Of a stretch of 64,000 bases of DNA, positions 1 to 7,883 are shown in pieces. Every line of letters begins with the position of its first letter. Position 1 is the stretch's first letter. The notes under the pieces are model-generated. The model made no database searches and had not been told where the DNA came from. It was given only the letters and a program-made list of their open reading frames with translations. The position numbers were made by a program, and so were the translations under genes. This DNA is from a virus, in the IMG/VR virus record IMGVR_UViG_3300031754_000002, positions 41,859-105,858 of that record. One strand, written 5' to 3'.

Positions 1-784
1 TGCAGAATTTGATCGTCGCATTATCCGCCCCGATACCAACGAGGATTAGTTCACCGGGTTCCCATTCTTTGGCATCTTTGCGTTCCAGAGTAGCGACCAG
101 CTCGGGGAATTCTTTTTCTTTTGGTTCATACAATTCGGTGCCACTTGACACCGCGAGACATGTGTAAACGGCGGCTTTGGCGACCCCGCAGTCATACGCC
201 CAGGTCCGCACATGGCCGCTCACTGATTCAAAGACCATGTAGACCCGCAGTTTTTTCGCTTTCACCGGCACGACAAACAGCTCGTAATACACCTGCCACT
301 GGGTGGGAGCGAACGCGCCTATGACCTTTGCGTTACCCGTGATCTCTGGATAACAATGGCGGGTCATCGCCTCGATGCTCGACGGGCCGACTTCTCCCGT
401 GGTCCCTTTCGGCCCTTCCGGGCCAGTAGCGCCCGTTTCGCCCTTCCCGACAACCGCGAGGAATTTGCCTGCTTCCTTGGCGATGATCGTAACGATATAT
501 TCCTTTTCGCTGCCCGTCGCAAACGTCGGTTCCGTGCCGATCCAGGACAACCCTTCAAACGTCAGCGCATAGCCAGCAGCCCCCGTGTTGACGACCACCT
601 GTGCGATATATGGATAGCCTGGCGCATTTTCCGGGGCTGTGAACGTCAGCGCGCCAGTAGCTTTCGCCGTAAAGAAGTTGCCTTCGGCCAGGTTCAACGC
701 GTGCGAACCCGAGACATTCCCCAATGCCTTGAGACTCCGTTTTTCCACCGACACCGGCAGTTCGATCGGATTGCGGACAGCCAC
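1..784 (-). CDS. Virion fibre or decoration-like protein with a short collagen-like (Gly-X-Y) stretch; runs off the window
   Basis: Hand translation from GTG at 784 (MAVRNPIELPVSV...) stays open to position 1. Contains GETGATGPEGPKGTTGEVGP. Absent from the ORF track because there is no stop in the window. Confidence 0.65.
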   Translation of the reverse strand, partial: MAVRNPIELPVSVEKRSLKALGNVSGSHALNLAEGNFFTAKATGALTFTAPENAPGYPYIAQVVVNTGAAGYALTFEGLSWIGTEPTFATGSEKEYIVTIIAKEAGKFLAVVGKGETGATGPEGPKGTTGEVGPSSIEAMTRHCYPEITGNAKVIGAFAPTQWQVYYELFVVPVKAKKLRVYMVFESVSGHVRTWAYDCGVAKAAVYTCLAVSSGTELYEPKEKEFPELVATLERKDAKEWEPGELILVGIGADNATIKFC

Positions 785-785
785 C

Positions 786-1028
786 CTAGCCTCCCGCACG
801 CGCTTCGGCGCACGCCTCATCAACGAGCTGCGCCACCCGGCCAAAGTTCGCTCGGTAAATCGCCACGTCCCCCATAGGCTCCTCGCTGACTATCTCACCC
901 TCCGGGTTACGGCGCACGCCGATGAGCTGGCCCACGATCTTGAACGGCTCAAGCGGCATCTCCGCGACCGGGCTCTTAGCCTTGCGGGGCGACCGGGCGT
1001 TCGGCCTGCCCGTATGCGGCTGGCTCAT
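786..1028 (-). CDS. Small hypothetical virion-module protein
   Basis: 80-aa ORF tightly packed between two structural ORFs. Confidence 0.55.
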   Translation of the reverse strand: MSQPHTGRPNARSPRKAKSPVAEMPLEPFKIVGQLIGVRRNPEGEIVSEEPMGDVAIYRANFGRVAQLVDEACAEARAGG

Positions 1029-2593
1029 TCTGTTATTCCGATCCCTCTACTGTCGTTTATCAACGAATTGATGAGCTTTTTCAGCTCGTTGACCGCTTTG
1101 TTCGTCTTGTTCAGTTCAGTGTCGAGTTCTGTCACGAGGGCGACTGTGATCGTCGTCGAAAGTTCCGGTTCGGCATGGGTGCGGGCGGCCGTGGCGTACG
1201 TCTGTGTGTATTTCGCCGCACGTTCGACAGGTGCCACGCCAAACAGGCCGATGGCTTTTTCGCTAATCCTGAAAATGCTCGTCTTAGTCTGCGCTCCGAT
1301 GTGGAAGGTCTGGCCGGGCGTGAAGTTGAAGCCCGTGTCGCCTTTGACGGTGCCTGTGAGGAAGCCGCCCGTGGAGTTCGAGACGAACCACTTGGCGTTA
1401 CCGGTCACGTTGTGGATCTGCGCACTGAAGGCGCTGCTTTCCGCTGACCCGACCAGGAGGATCGGGTCGAGGTTGCGGACGCCGCCGAACAGTTCGAGCA
1501 GCGGCGTGACGGAGACCGGTGTTGCAGCCCCGATCACGACCTGTTGTTCCGTAGCTGGCGCTAGCCCCACGGCCTTTTCTGAGAGCCGCACGAGGGAGGT
1601 CTTAGTTTGCGCGCCGAAGTGGAACGTCTTCCCGGGCGTGAAGTTGATGCCCGTATCGCCCTGGACGGTCCCAACCAGGTATTGGTTGGCCGCGTTGCAC
1701 ACAAACAGCTTGAACTGGCCGCTCGCGTTACGCCAACGCGAAGAGTGCGAGGTCGAGGTGCCCGAGCCAACATCAAGGATCGGATCGATCGTCGAGGTCC
1801 CCGAGTAGACGACGAATAGCGGGCCCGCTTCTGGCGCTTCGAGCGCGCCGATCACGACCTGTCCCGCCCCCTGCGCGACGGCGAGCGACGCCGTCGAGTG
1901 CGTCCCGTTGACCTGTATCGAGGTCAGCGCTTCGGAGTCGTCACGAAAGCTCTGGCCGGTCACCGCTTCCTTATTGACGCCGATCCCGACCGCCCAGTGC
2001 GCAGCGGCGGTAGTATGGCCGATCTGTAGCCCGCAGCCAGAATCAGCTGTCCCGACCGGGTGCAGCCAGATACCACGGGTGCTAGACGCACCTTCTTTGT
2101 TGTAGATGCCGGCTGTTTCCGTCTCGTTGTCGCAGACCGTCTCGTTACCCACCGCGACACCTTCCGCAGATTCACGACGGCCGCTTGCGAAGATGCCCTG
2201 CCCCGACCGCGTGGATACCGCCGAGGATCGGCCGATGAAATAGCCACCAATCCCGTCAGCGTGTGACGCCGCCCCAACATACGTGCCATCCGTGGACGCG
2301 CCTCCAAACACGCCGATCGCCTGTGCTTGCGAGCCAGCTACCGCATGAGTGACCCCCGCGAGGGCCGCCAAACCATCGGCACCGTCCCCCGTAAACGCAG
2401 ATTCTAGGATTTTGGTGGTACGCGACGCCTTTGCCGCCGTCCCGAAAGCTTCATCAGGAGCCGCCGCTTTACCCAAGCTGATCGACAGATTGCGCTTAGG
2501 CGAAGCCTGGAAGATATGCACTTCTTCGCCCGTTTCAAGCTGACCACTAGTTATCACCGATGATGGCAGTTCAGCCGGGTTGCGCACCGCCAC
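1025..2593 (-). CDS. Tail-fibre or spike-like structural protein
   Basis: 522 aa, Gly/Ala/Thr-rich beta-type sequence. Internal duplicated module (GDTGINFTPGKTFHFGAQTKTS / GDTGFNFTPGQTFHIGAQTKTS) and a C-terminal coiled coil. Confidence 0.6.
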   Translation of the reverse strand: MAVRNPAELPSSVITSGQLETGEEVHIFQASPKRNLSISLGKAAAPDEAFGTAAKASRTTKILESAFTGDGADGLAALAGVTHAVAGSQAQAIGVFGGASTDGTYVGAASHADGIGGYFIGRSSAVSTRSGQGIFASGRRESAEGVAVGNETVCDNETETAGIYNKEGASSTRGIWLHPVGTADSGCGLQIGHTTAAAHWAVGIGVNKEAVTGQSFRDDSEALTSIQVNGTHSTASLAVAQGAGQVVIGALEAPEAGPLFVVYSGTSTIDPILDVGSGTSTSHSSRWRNASGQFKLFVCNAANQYLVGTVQGDTGINFTPGKTFHFGAQTKTSLVRLSEKAVGLAPATEQQVVIGAATPVSVTPLLELFGGVRNLDPILLVGSAESSAFSAQIHNVTGNAKWFVSNSTGGFLTGTVKGDTGFNFTPGQTFHIGAQTKTSIFRISEKAIGLFGVAPVERAAKYTQTYATAARTHAEPELSTTITVALVTELDTELNKTNKAVNELKKLINSLINDSRGIGITE

Positions 2594-2594
2594 C

Positions 2595-2894
2595 CTAAAC
2601 CTCCCTGACCGTCAACACGCTATTCGCCGCCGTAGCAATCGCGTTTACTGAGCCCGTCCACACCATCGGCCCCACCATCCCATTCCACGAGCCACCACCC
2701 GACGCCAAGAAAATCCCCTGTTTCAACACAGCCGCCCCACCAAGTTCCAGGTAGATCGACGCTGTAGACGCGTTCACGAGTTCCAGACCCTCACGAGCCA
2801 GGTTTTCAGCCACGACCGCCGTCGATGCTCCTTCCACTTCGACTTTCGGCCCCGCACTCGTCAGAATGTTGGCTTTGTTACCCGTGTCAGGCAT
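2595..2894 (-). CDS. Small structural or decoration-like protein
   Basis: Probable start MPDTGNK at 2894, immediately after the capsid stop; 99 aa. Confidence 0.55.
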   Translation of the reverse strand: MPDTGNKANILTSAGPKVEVEGASTAVVAENLAREGLELVNASTASIYLELGGAAVLKQGIFLASGGGSWNGMVGPMVWTGSVNAIATAANSVLTVREV

Positions 2895-2896
2895 GA

Positions 2897-4201
2897 CTAG
2901 TATTCCGCACTCACTTCTAGTCCACTGCCTTCCATATAGGCAAGGCCCGTCGGATAACGATGCAACGCTGCCGCATAGCCATGAAGCTGGAACCGTGCCT
3001 GCAACGTCCCGGACAGAACCTCCTTGAACACGCTCGTATGCTTCGGCGACTCGAACAACACACTGTCGGTCGGACGTGCGCACACAATCACGTCGCGGTT
3101 TTTCCCTGCCCCAAGAGTCGCAGGAATCGCATCTGACAAAAATGTCGGCCAGCCAAGGATCGGGGGAGCGACAGCAGGCCGCGAGTCATCGAACGTGTAC
3201 GCCACGGGAGGGAGCGCTTGATGCCCAGGAACCGCGAGAGGGAGGTTCTGCAAATCCTCAGCACCCCCGAGATAGCACCAGCGAGCGGTCCGCATCAACC
3301 ACACCTCCGGCGGACAGTTCCGTGCATCCCCCAGCTTTGCCGCGACCTGCGACAGCGCAGCGAACATTTCATAGCCCTGTTTACCCGTGTACTGCACTAC
3401 CGACACGCCACCCGCACCGGTAGTGAGATTCAGCACACCCGCGATTCGCTGGTTCGCTTTCCCCGTGCCAGTAAACAGCGACTCCTCAAGCCTGCGGTCA
3501 TAGGACTCCAACAGGTCCTTCAACACCACTACATCCAAGGCGGCAGTAGCCGGTGATTGTTCAAGCTGCTGCATCGAACAATCCGCCTGCCCCGCGAACG
3601 TCTCACACCACGATTCAACCGCCGCATCCGTGAAGTCCCGTTCCGGCGCAGGCGTGACATCAGATACTCCCGGCGCGTGAGTGCCTTCCACGATACGCGG
3701 CAGGTTCACTTCAACCACGCCCGTCGGCAAATCGAAAGTAGGGATCATGCTCGCGTAAACCCGCTTGGCCCTCGCGGCAGTGGCAAAATACTCATTGGCC
3801 CACCACGGCACCCCAAAAAACTCGCCACCAGTGACACGGCTAGGGTTCACACGAAACTCCGCGCCCTCAAGCCTCCGCTGCTGCAACCTTTCACTCTCAA
3901 CAGCAATCTCTTTGGCGTGACGCTCCAACCGTGCTCTCGCCCGCTGATCATTGCTGATCTGCGCACGCGCCACGTCCGCGAAGTAGCTTGCCTGCTCCTC
4001 GCGTGGAAGATGACCCTGAAAGCGTTCATACACCATCGGCTCACGACGTATCTCAACGCGCGGTGAAAGCCGCTGTAGCTCAGCATGGTACGCACGAGCG
4101 CTAACAACCGCTTCCGCCTCGATACGTGCCCGGACTTCGGCCGGGATCGCAGCGCCACGGTCCTCCTCGACAGTCTCGTCAAGCTCTAGCGTGTCGCTCA
4201 T
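2897..4201 (-). CDS. Major capsid protein, HK97 fold
   Basis: 434 aa downstream of the prohead protease. Capsid-like motifs: LEESLFTGTG, WLMRTARW, ILGWPTFLSDAIP. Confidence 0.85.
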   Translation of the reverse strand: MSDTLELDETVEEDRGAAIPAEVRARIEAEAVVSARAYHAELQRLSPRVEIRREPMVYERFQGHLPREEQASYFADVARAQISNDQRARARLERHAKEIAVESERLQQRRLEGAEFRVNPSRVTGGEFFGVPWWANEYFATAARAKRVYASMIPTFDLPTGVVEVNLPRIVEGTHAPGVSDVTPAPERDFTDAAVESWCETFAGQADCSMQQLEQSPATAALDVVVLKDLLESYDRRLEESLFTGTGKANQRIAGVLNLTTGAGGVSVVQYTGKQGYEMFAALSQVAAKLGDARNCPPEVWLMRTARWCYLGGAEDLQNLPLAVPGHQALPPVAYTFDDSRPAVAPPILGWPTFLSDAIPATLGAGKNRDVIVCARPTDSVLFESPKHTSVFKEVLSGTLQARFQLHGYAAALHRYPTGLAYMEGSGLEVSAEY

Positions 4202-5979
4202 CGCGCCAACCTCAACATGTCCAGTTCCTGCTCAGCACGACGCGTCAGATCAACCACAACAGCCGAGCGACCGTTCGTCTCCTCACTGTCATCAGCACCC
4301 TGAGCCTCATCAGCCTTACCGAGCGCGGTAGCAGCCGCTTCCAAAGCCTTCGTGACCTTCTCGTCGGACGGACTGTCCATATCACCGGTCTGTTCGGCTA
4401 GCGCCTTAGCAACAGCCTCTTTCGCCTCGTCGATCGAGTCAGACACACCCTCGTCAGCATCGTCTCTGGCCTCAGCCTCATACTCGGCGCGTAGCTCACG
4501 CACGCGCTCCGTGTACTCCTCGCCCTTCGCCGCTGCCTTCGCTTCCAGGCCCTCCCAGAACGATGCAGGCTCAGACTCCGACGGCAGTAGACCCGAAAGC
4601 TCGTCTCCGGCCTCCGCGAGCTTATCCACCAAGCCCTGAATCAACTGTTCCTTCGCAGACGACAACGCTTTACCCGCACGGAACTCATACTCGCCATCCG
4701 TTGAGCGAATACTTGTCGTGCTACCCGTTGACGGTGATGCGCCGAATGTGACGGCACTCACATCTCCGCCGTGCAAGGTCACACCCTTCACTTTGCGGTC
4801 AGTTAGCTCATCATTCCAGTCATCATCGGTGCAGCGAAACGCGAAACTCATCTGATCCACGAGCCCGCGCTCCATCTTCAGCTTTAGCCTCTGTGCATCC
4901 ACGTCCCGCGGGTCAAAGGTCGCGTTCACGAGCAGCCCCTTGGATGTTTCCTCCAGCCTCAACGTGCCCGGAATGTCCGAGTCCTTACGTTCCGTTCGTG
5001 CAAGCGGCAAGCCTTCGTGTTCCACTCGAAACACGCAATCCGGTTCCTCTTTCAATGTGCGGCGAAAACTGCCACGGGAAATAGTCTCCGTGAAGCCACC
5101 AACCGAATATGGCACATCAAAAAGTGACGCATATCCTTCAAAATGGAACATGCCATCATCGTCTTCGCTGCCGTCCCGGAACTCACATTCACGCACCGAG
5201 AACTGCCGGTGCTCCAAGCCCTTCGCGTTACGCAGATTTTCGACCCGCCGCTTACGCAGCTCAAACTGTGCGGCGCTACGCGAATCCTTCTCGATTTCGC
5301 CCGTGCCATCACAATCCGGGCACTCCTTACCCTTCACCTTGCCACTACCATCACACGTCGGGCACGTTTCCATGTCCTCAGTGTCGTTTTCCACCGCACG
5401 CCGACCATTCGCCTCCGGCGCATATGTGGTGACACGCCGCACCTTCTTAGGCGTCCCCAACGTCACATTATCATCGGCGTCCACCATGTACGTCACCTGC
5501 CACAACACGTCTTCGCGTTCATACACCGCCCACTCGTCAGTCATGTCCGAGATGTAGACGTAGGAATATTCGCCCTTTTTAGGCTTCGGGAGCGATTCGA
5601 CTATCGCCTGCTGCACCATCTGGCGACGGTCATTGTAGGTTTCGCGCTCCTCAAGCGTTGACCACACCGACTTTTCTTCTTTCAGCGATCCATCACTAGA
5701 CCAATTGTCGGGTATGAGCGAACTGAGTTTCAGCGCCTTGGCACGCTTAATGATGTGCGCACGGATTGAGTCATGGCTCGCATCTCCACGTCCGACCGCT
5801 TTGATCGCTTTTTTTAGGTCGTCTTCGTCCCCGATCGGGTACGAGCCATCGGCCATTGCTTCGCCTTTTTTTGCCATTTCGTCACGGTCGGCCTTCTTGT
5901 ACTTCGCGCGCCACTCCCGCTCAAGTGACCGTTCGACCGTCACGATGTCAGTCTCGACCGGCTCAGTCTCAACACCCAT
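4198..5979 (-). CDS. HK97-family prohead protease with N-terminal extra domains and an acidic C-terminal tail
   Basis: FEGYASLFD, FTETISRGSF, VEHEGLPLART, QMSFAF, DVSAVTFGA. Probable start MGVETE at 5979 after GGAGG. Confidence 0.85.
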   Translation of the reverse strand: MGVETEPVETDIVTVERSLEREWRAKYKKADRDEMAKKGEAMADGSYPIGDEDDLKKAIKAVGRGDASHDSIRAHIIKRAKALKLSSLIPDNWSSDGSLKEEKSVWSTLEERETYNDRRQMVQQAIVESLPKPKKGEYSYVYISDMTDEWAVYEREDVLWQVTYMVDADDNVTLGTPKKVRRVTTYAPEANGRRAVENDTEDMETCPTCDGSGKVKGKECPDCDGTGEIEKDSRSAAQFELRKRRVENLRNAKGLEHRQFSVRECEFRDGSEDDDGMFHFEGYASLFDVPYSVGGFTETISRGSFRRTLKEEPDCVFRVEHEGLPLARTERKDSDIPGTLRLEETSKGLLVNATFDPRDVDAQRLKLKMERGLVDQMSFAFRCTDDDWNDELTDRKVKGVTLHGGDVSAVTFGASPSTGSTTSIRSTDGEYEFRAGKALSSAKEQLIQGLVDKLAEAGDELSGLLPSESEPASFWEGLEAKAAAKGEEYTERVRELRAEYEAEARDDADEGVSDSIDEAKEAVAKALAEQTGDMDSPSDEKVTKALEAAATALGKADEAQGADDSEETNGRSAVVVDLTRRAEQELDMLRLAR

Positions 5980-6066
5980 GCGGACCTCCTTCGGAAACGA
6001 AAAGCCCGCAATTTGCGGGAAGTGAGCACAACGCACCTGTTAGCGTGTGCTAACGTCTGCGCGAAT

Positions 6067-6228
6067 GTGAAACAAACTGGGCTTCGACTAGAAGATGATC
6101 TACTTGCGCGGGTAGAAGCTGCTCGTGGTGACGTGCCACGTGAAGTGTTCCTTCGTCGCGCAATCGAACTTATGCTCAACACTAAACGAGAGGACTCCGA
6201 TGGCAGCACGACCCGCACTGGTTCCTGA
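6067..6228 (+). CDS. Ribbon-helix-helix (CopG/Arc-like) DNA-binding protein
   Basis: MKQTGLRLEDDLLARVEAARGDVPREVFLRRAIE fits the RHH pattern; divergent from the protease gene. Confidence 0.65.
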   Translation: MKQTGLRLEDDLLARVEAARGDVPREVFLRRAIELMLNTKREDSDGSTTRTGS

Positions 6229-6730
6229 ATCCGGCCCGTATGAGATTCTGCAAGGACTCATAGCCGAGGTGCTAGCCAACGGTGACTTTGTACCTGCGGA
6301 GGAAGCCCTGCGTATCGACAGGCTCATGCGCGAGAAGCATCCAAGACAACATGCTGCGTTTTTGGAGGCCCAGTCCTATCGCCTTTACTACGAGATACTG
6401 CAAGGTGCCTACCAAAGCCAGCGGCAGCGTTCGCGTCACCACGCTCCCGCTAGTGAATTCGGCCGACGTGCTACCGGCAAGCACGATGATGTCTCAGTGT
6501 TTATAACGTGGCGCTGCAAGGTAGACGATGCCAACACTCAGCGAACGATCGGCGACATGACCGGAGCCGATCATCTCTATGTCGCCGACAGCTATCGCGG
6601 CGATAAGCAACGCGCAGCGATGCTAGAGGCATTTCACCGTGCAGTCGCAAAGAAGGCTGGTAGGCGCAAAACAAGCGAGGTCTTTTCAGAGGACCAGTTC
6701 CTCGCACTCTACGAAAGCATCGCTAAATAG
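6200..6730 (+). CDS. Hypothetical protein, candidate accessory of the RAMP cassette
   Basis: Start MAARP at 6200 after GAGGA; overlaps the RHH gene; 176 aa, predominantly helical-looking. Confidence 0.65.
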   Translation: MAARPALVPESGPYEILQGLIAEVLANGDFVPAEEALRIDRLMREKHPRQHAAFLEAQSYRLYYEILQGAYQSQRQRSRHHAPASEFGRRATGKHDDVSVFITWRCKVDDANTQRTIGDMTGADHLYVADSYRGDKQRAAMLEAFHRAVAKKAGRRKTSEVFSEDQFLALYESIAK

Positions 6731-6746
6731 CACGACGGCCCTTGTT

Positions 6747-6875
6747 GACTGGCCCAGCCGTTGCACCTCCCCGCTGCCTTTCCGACTCCGCTGCCCACAC
6801 TGCTCCTGCCCCGCCCCACGCTCCCGACTCGTCATCACAGCTCCCAGCCGAACAGGCCTGCCCAATCCTCCCGAC
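6747..6875 (+). repeat. 5-nt-phased array A: three units GAC-(NNNNC)n-NNCC; candidate guide RNA array
   Basis: GAC at 6747, 6784, 6826 and 6873 gives spacings of 37, 42 and 47 (5n+2). Example unit: tcgtC atcaC agctC ccagC cgaaC aggcC tgccC aatcC tccc GAC. Confidence 0.75.
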
Positions 6876-6913
6876 CTCCTGAACTATTACTAACCAAAAC
6901 ACGAAAGGCCAAC

Positions 6914-7627
6914 ATGACCAGCATATTCGAGCCATACCGGCGCAAGAATTATCCGTATGTATTCGTCGCCTCGATCCACCTGCACACGATCGCGGGCGGC
7001 GTGCCCCTAAACGAGACAATTCTTGAGGGACACCTCAAGCGCAAGACCGCCGCACCCGATGACCTAATTCGCTCCGAGGTCGCCTCAATCATGGTCGAGG
7101 AGGGACTAAGTGCCGATGAGGCCATTGAGCGTGCCGCGAAACGCAAGGGCCTTGTGGGCTTTGCGAAGGACAGCAACGGCCTTTATGTGCGCGGCTTTCA
7201 AGTCAAGGCGATGCTTGTAGAATCGGCGTGCATCGCTGCCGCCGAGGGACGCATCCCGAAGAAATGGGGCCAAATGTCCGAGCAAGGAAAGGCACTCAAG
7301 AGTTGGTTTCCCGAGCATGTGTTTGTTCTCGATGACCGGATTCACCTCGGCGTGGACGAGCCCACCGAAATTCCACAGTCGTTTATACACAAGGTAGGCC
7401 CGAAGGGGCCGATGAGCGCTATCCAGTACACGGAGCTCGTCCGCGATGCCGACGTATCCTTCGCGGTCGAGACAGACCACGACTTTCCCGAGGATGTTTG
7501 GGCCGCGATTTGGCTCACAGCCGAGCGTAACGGCCTTGGCGCATCACGCAAGCTCGGCTATGGCACTTTTGAGAGCCGCAAATGGCAGAAAATGTCATCC
7601 CGTACCCGTAAACTTAAGGCCGCATAA
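6914..7627 (+). CDS. Stand-alone Cas7/RAMP-superfamily-like protein
   Basis: 237 aa from ATG 6914 after GAAAGG. N-terminal strand followed by GGVP; LYVRGFQVKAMLVESA resembles the RAMP IPGSSxKGxLR helix; C-terminal Gly-rich loop GLGASRKLGYGTF resembles the Csm3/Cas7 G-loop. Confidence 0.7.
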   Translation: MTSIFEPYRRKNYPYVFVASIHLHTIAGGVPLNETILEGHLKRKTAAPDDLIRSEVASIMVEEGLSADEAIERAAKRKGLVGFAKDSNGLYVRGFQVKAMLVESACIAAAEGRIPKKWGQMSEQGKALKSWFPEHVFVLDDRIHLGVDEPTEIPQSFIHKVGPKGPMSAIQYTELVRDADVSFAVETDHDFPEDVWAAIWLTAERNGLGASRKLGYGTFESRKWQKMSSRTRKLKAA

Positions 7628-7633
7628 TCTCTC

Positions 7634-7865
7634 GACACCGCCCGCTCGAAACACCGCACGAACCTGTCAGCCCATCCGACCAGTCAAACCAATCCGTCGC
7701 GCCTCGATACTATGCGCCGCACCCGACATTCCTCCTCGTCGATACCCCTCGGCCCCGCCTATCTCCCCATCCCTTCCGACAGCCCCCCGTCGCCCTCGCC
7801 CTCACAGTACGCCCCCTCTCTCTCGACACCCCTGCCGCGACACTCCGCACCCCTCCGCTTCCGAC
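7634..7865 (+). repeat. 5-nt-phased array B: CGAC-delimited units of (NNNNC)n; candidate guide RNA array
   Basis: CGAC delimiters with GAC at 7634, 7678, 7725, 7778, 7825 and 7863. Example unit: cagtC aaacC aatcC gtcgC gcctC gataC tatgC gccgC accc GAC. Confidence 0.75.
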
Positions 7866-7883
7866 TAACCGAAAGGACCACCG

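Noticed and set aside
639-1808. Long plus-strand ORFs, also 4940-5557 and 53422-54393
   Set aside because: Antisense shadows of clear minus-strand genes in high-GC DNA.
6761-6913. 51-aa Pro-rich N-terminal extension of the RAMP ORF, and ORFs 7446-7868 and 7712-7894
   Set aside because: These are translations of the C-rich arrays. A good RBS and ATG sit at 6914, and period 5 is incompatible with codon structure.
6731-7870. Classical CRISPR array beside the Cas7-like gene
   Set aside because: There are no identical 25-40 bp direct repeats; only a 4-6 nt delimiter and pentamer phasing.
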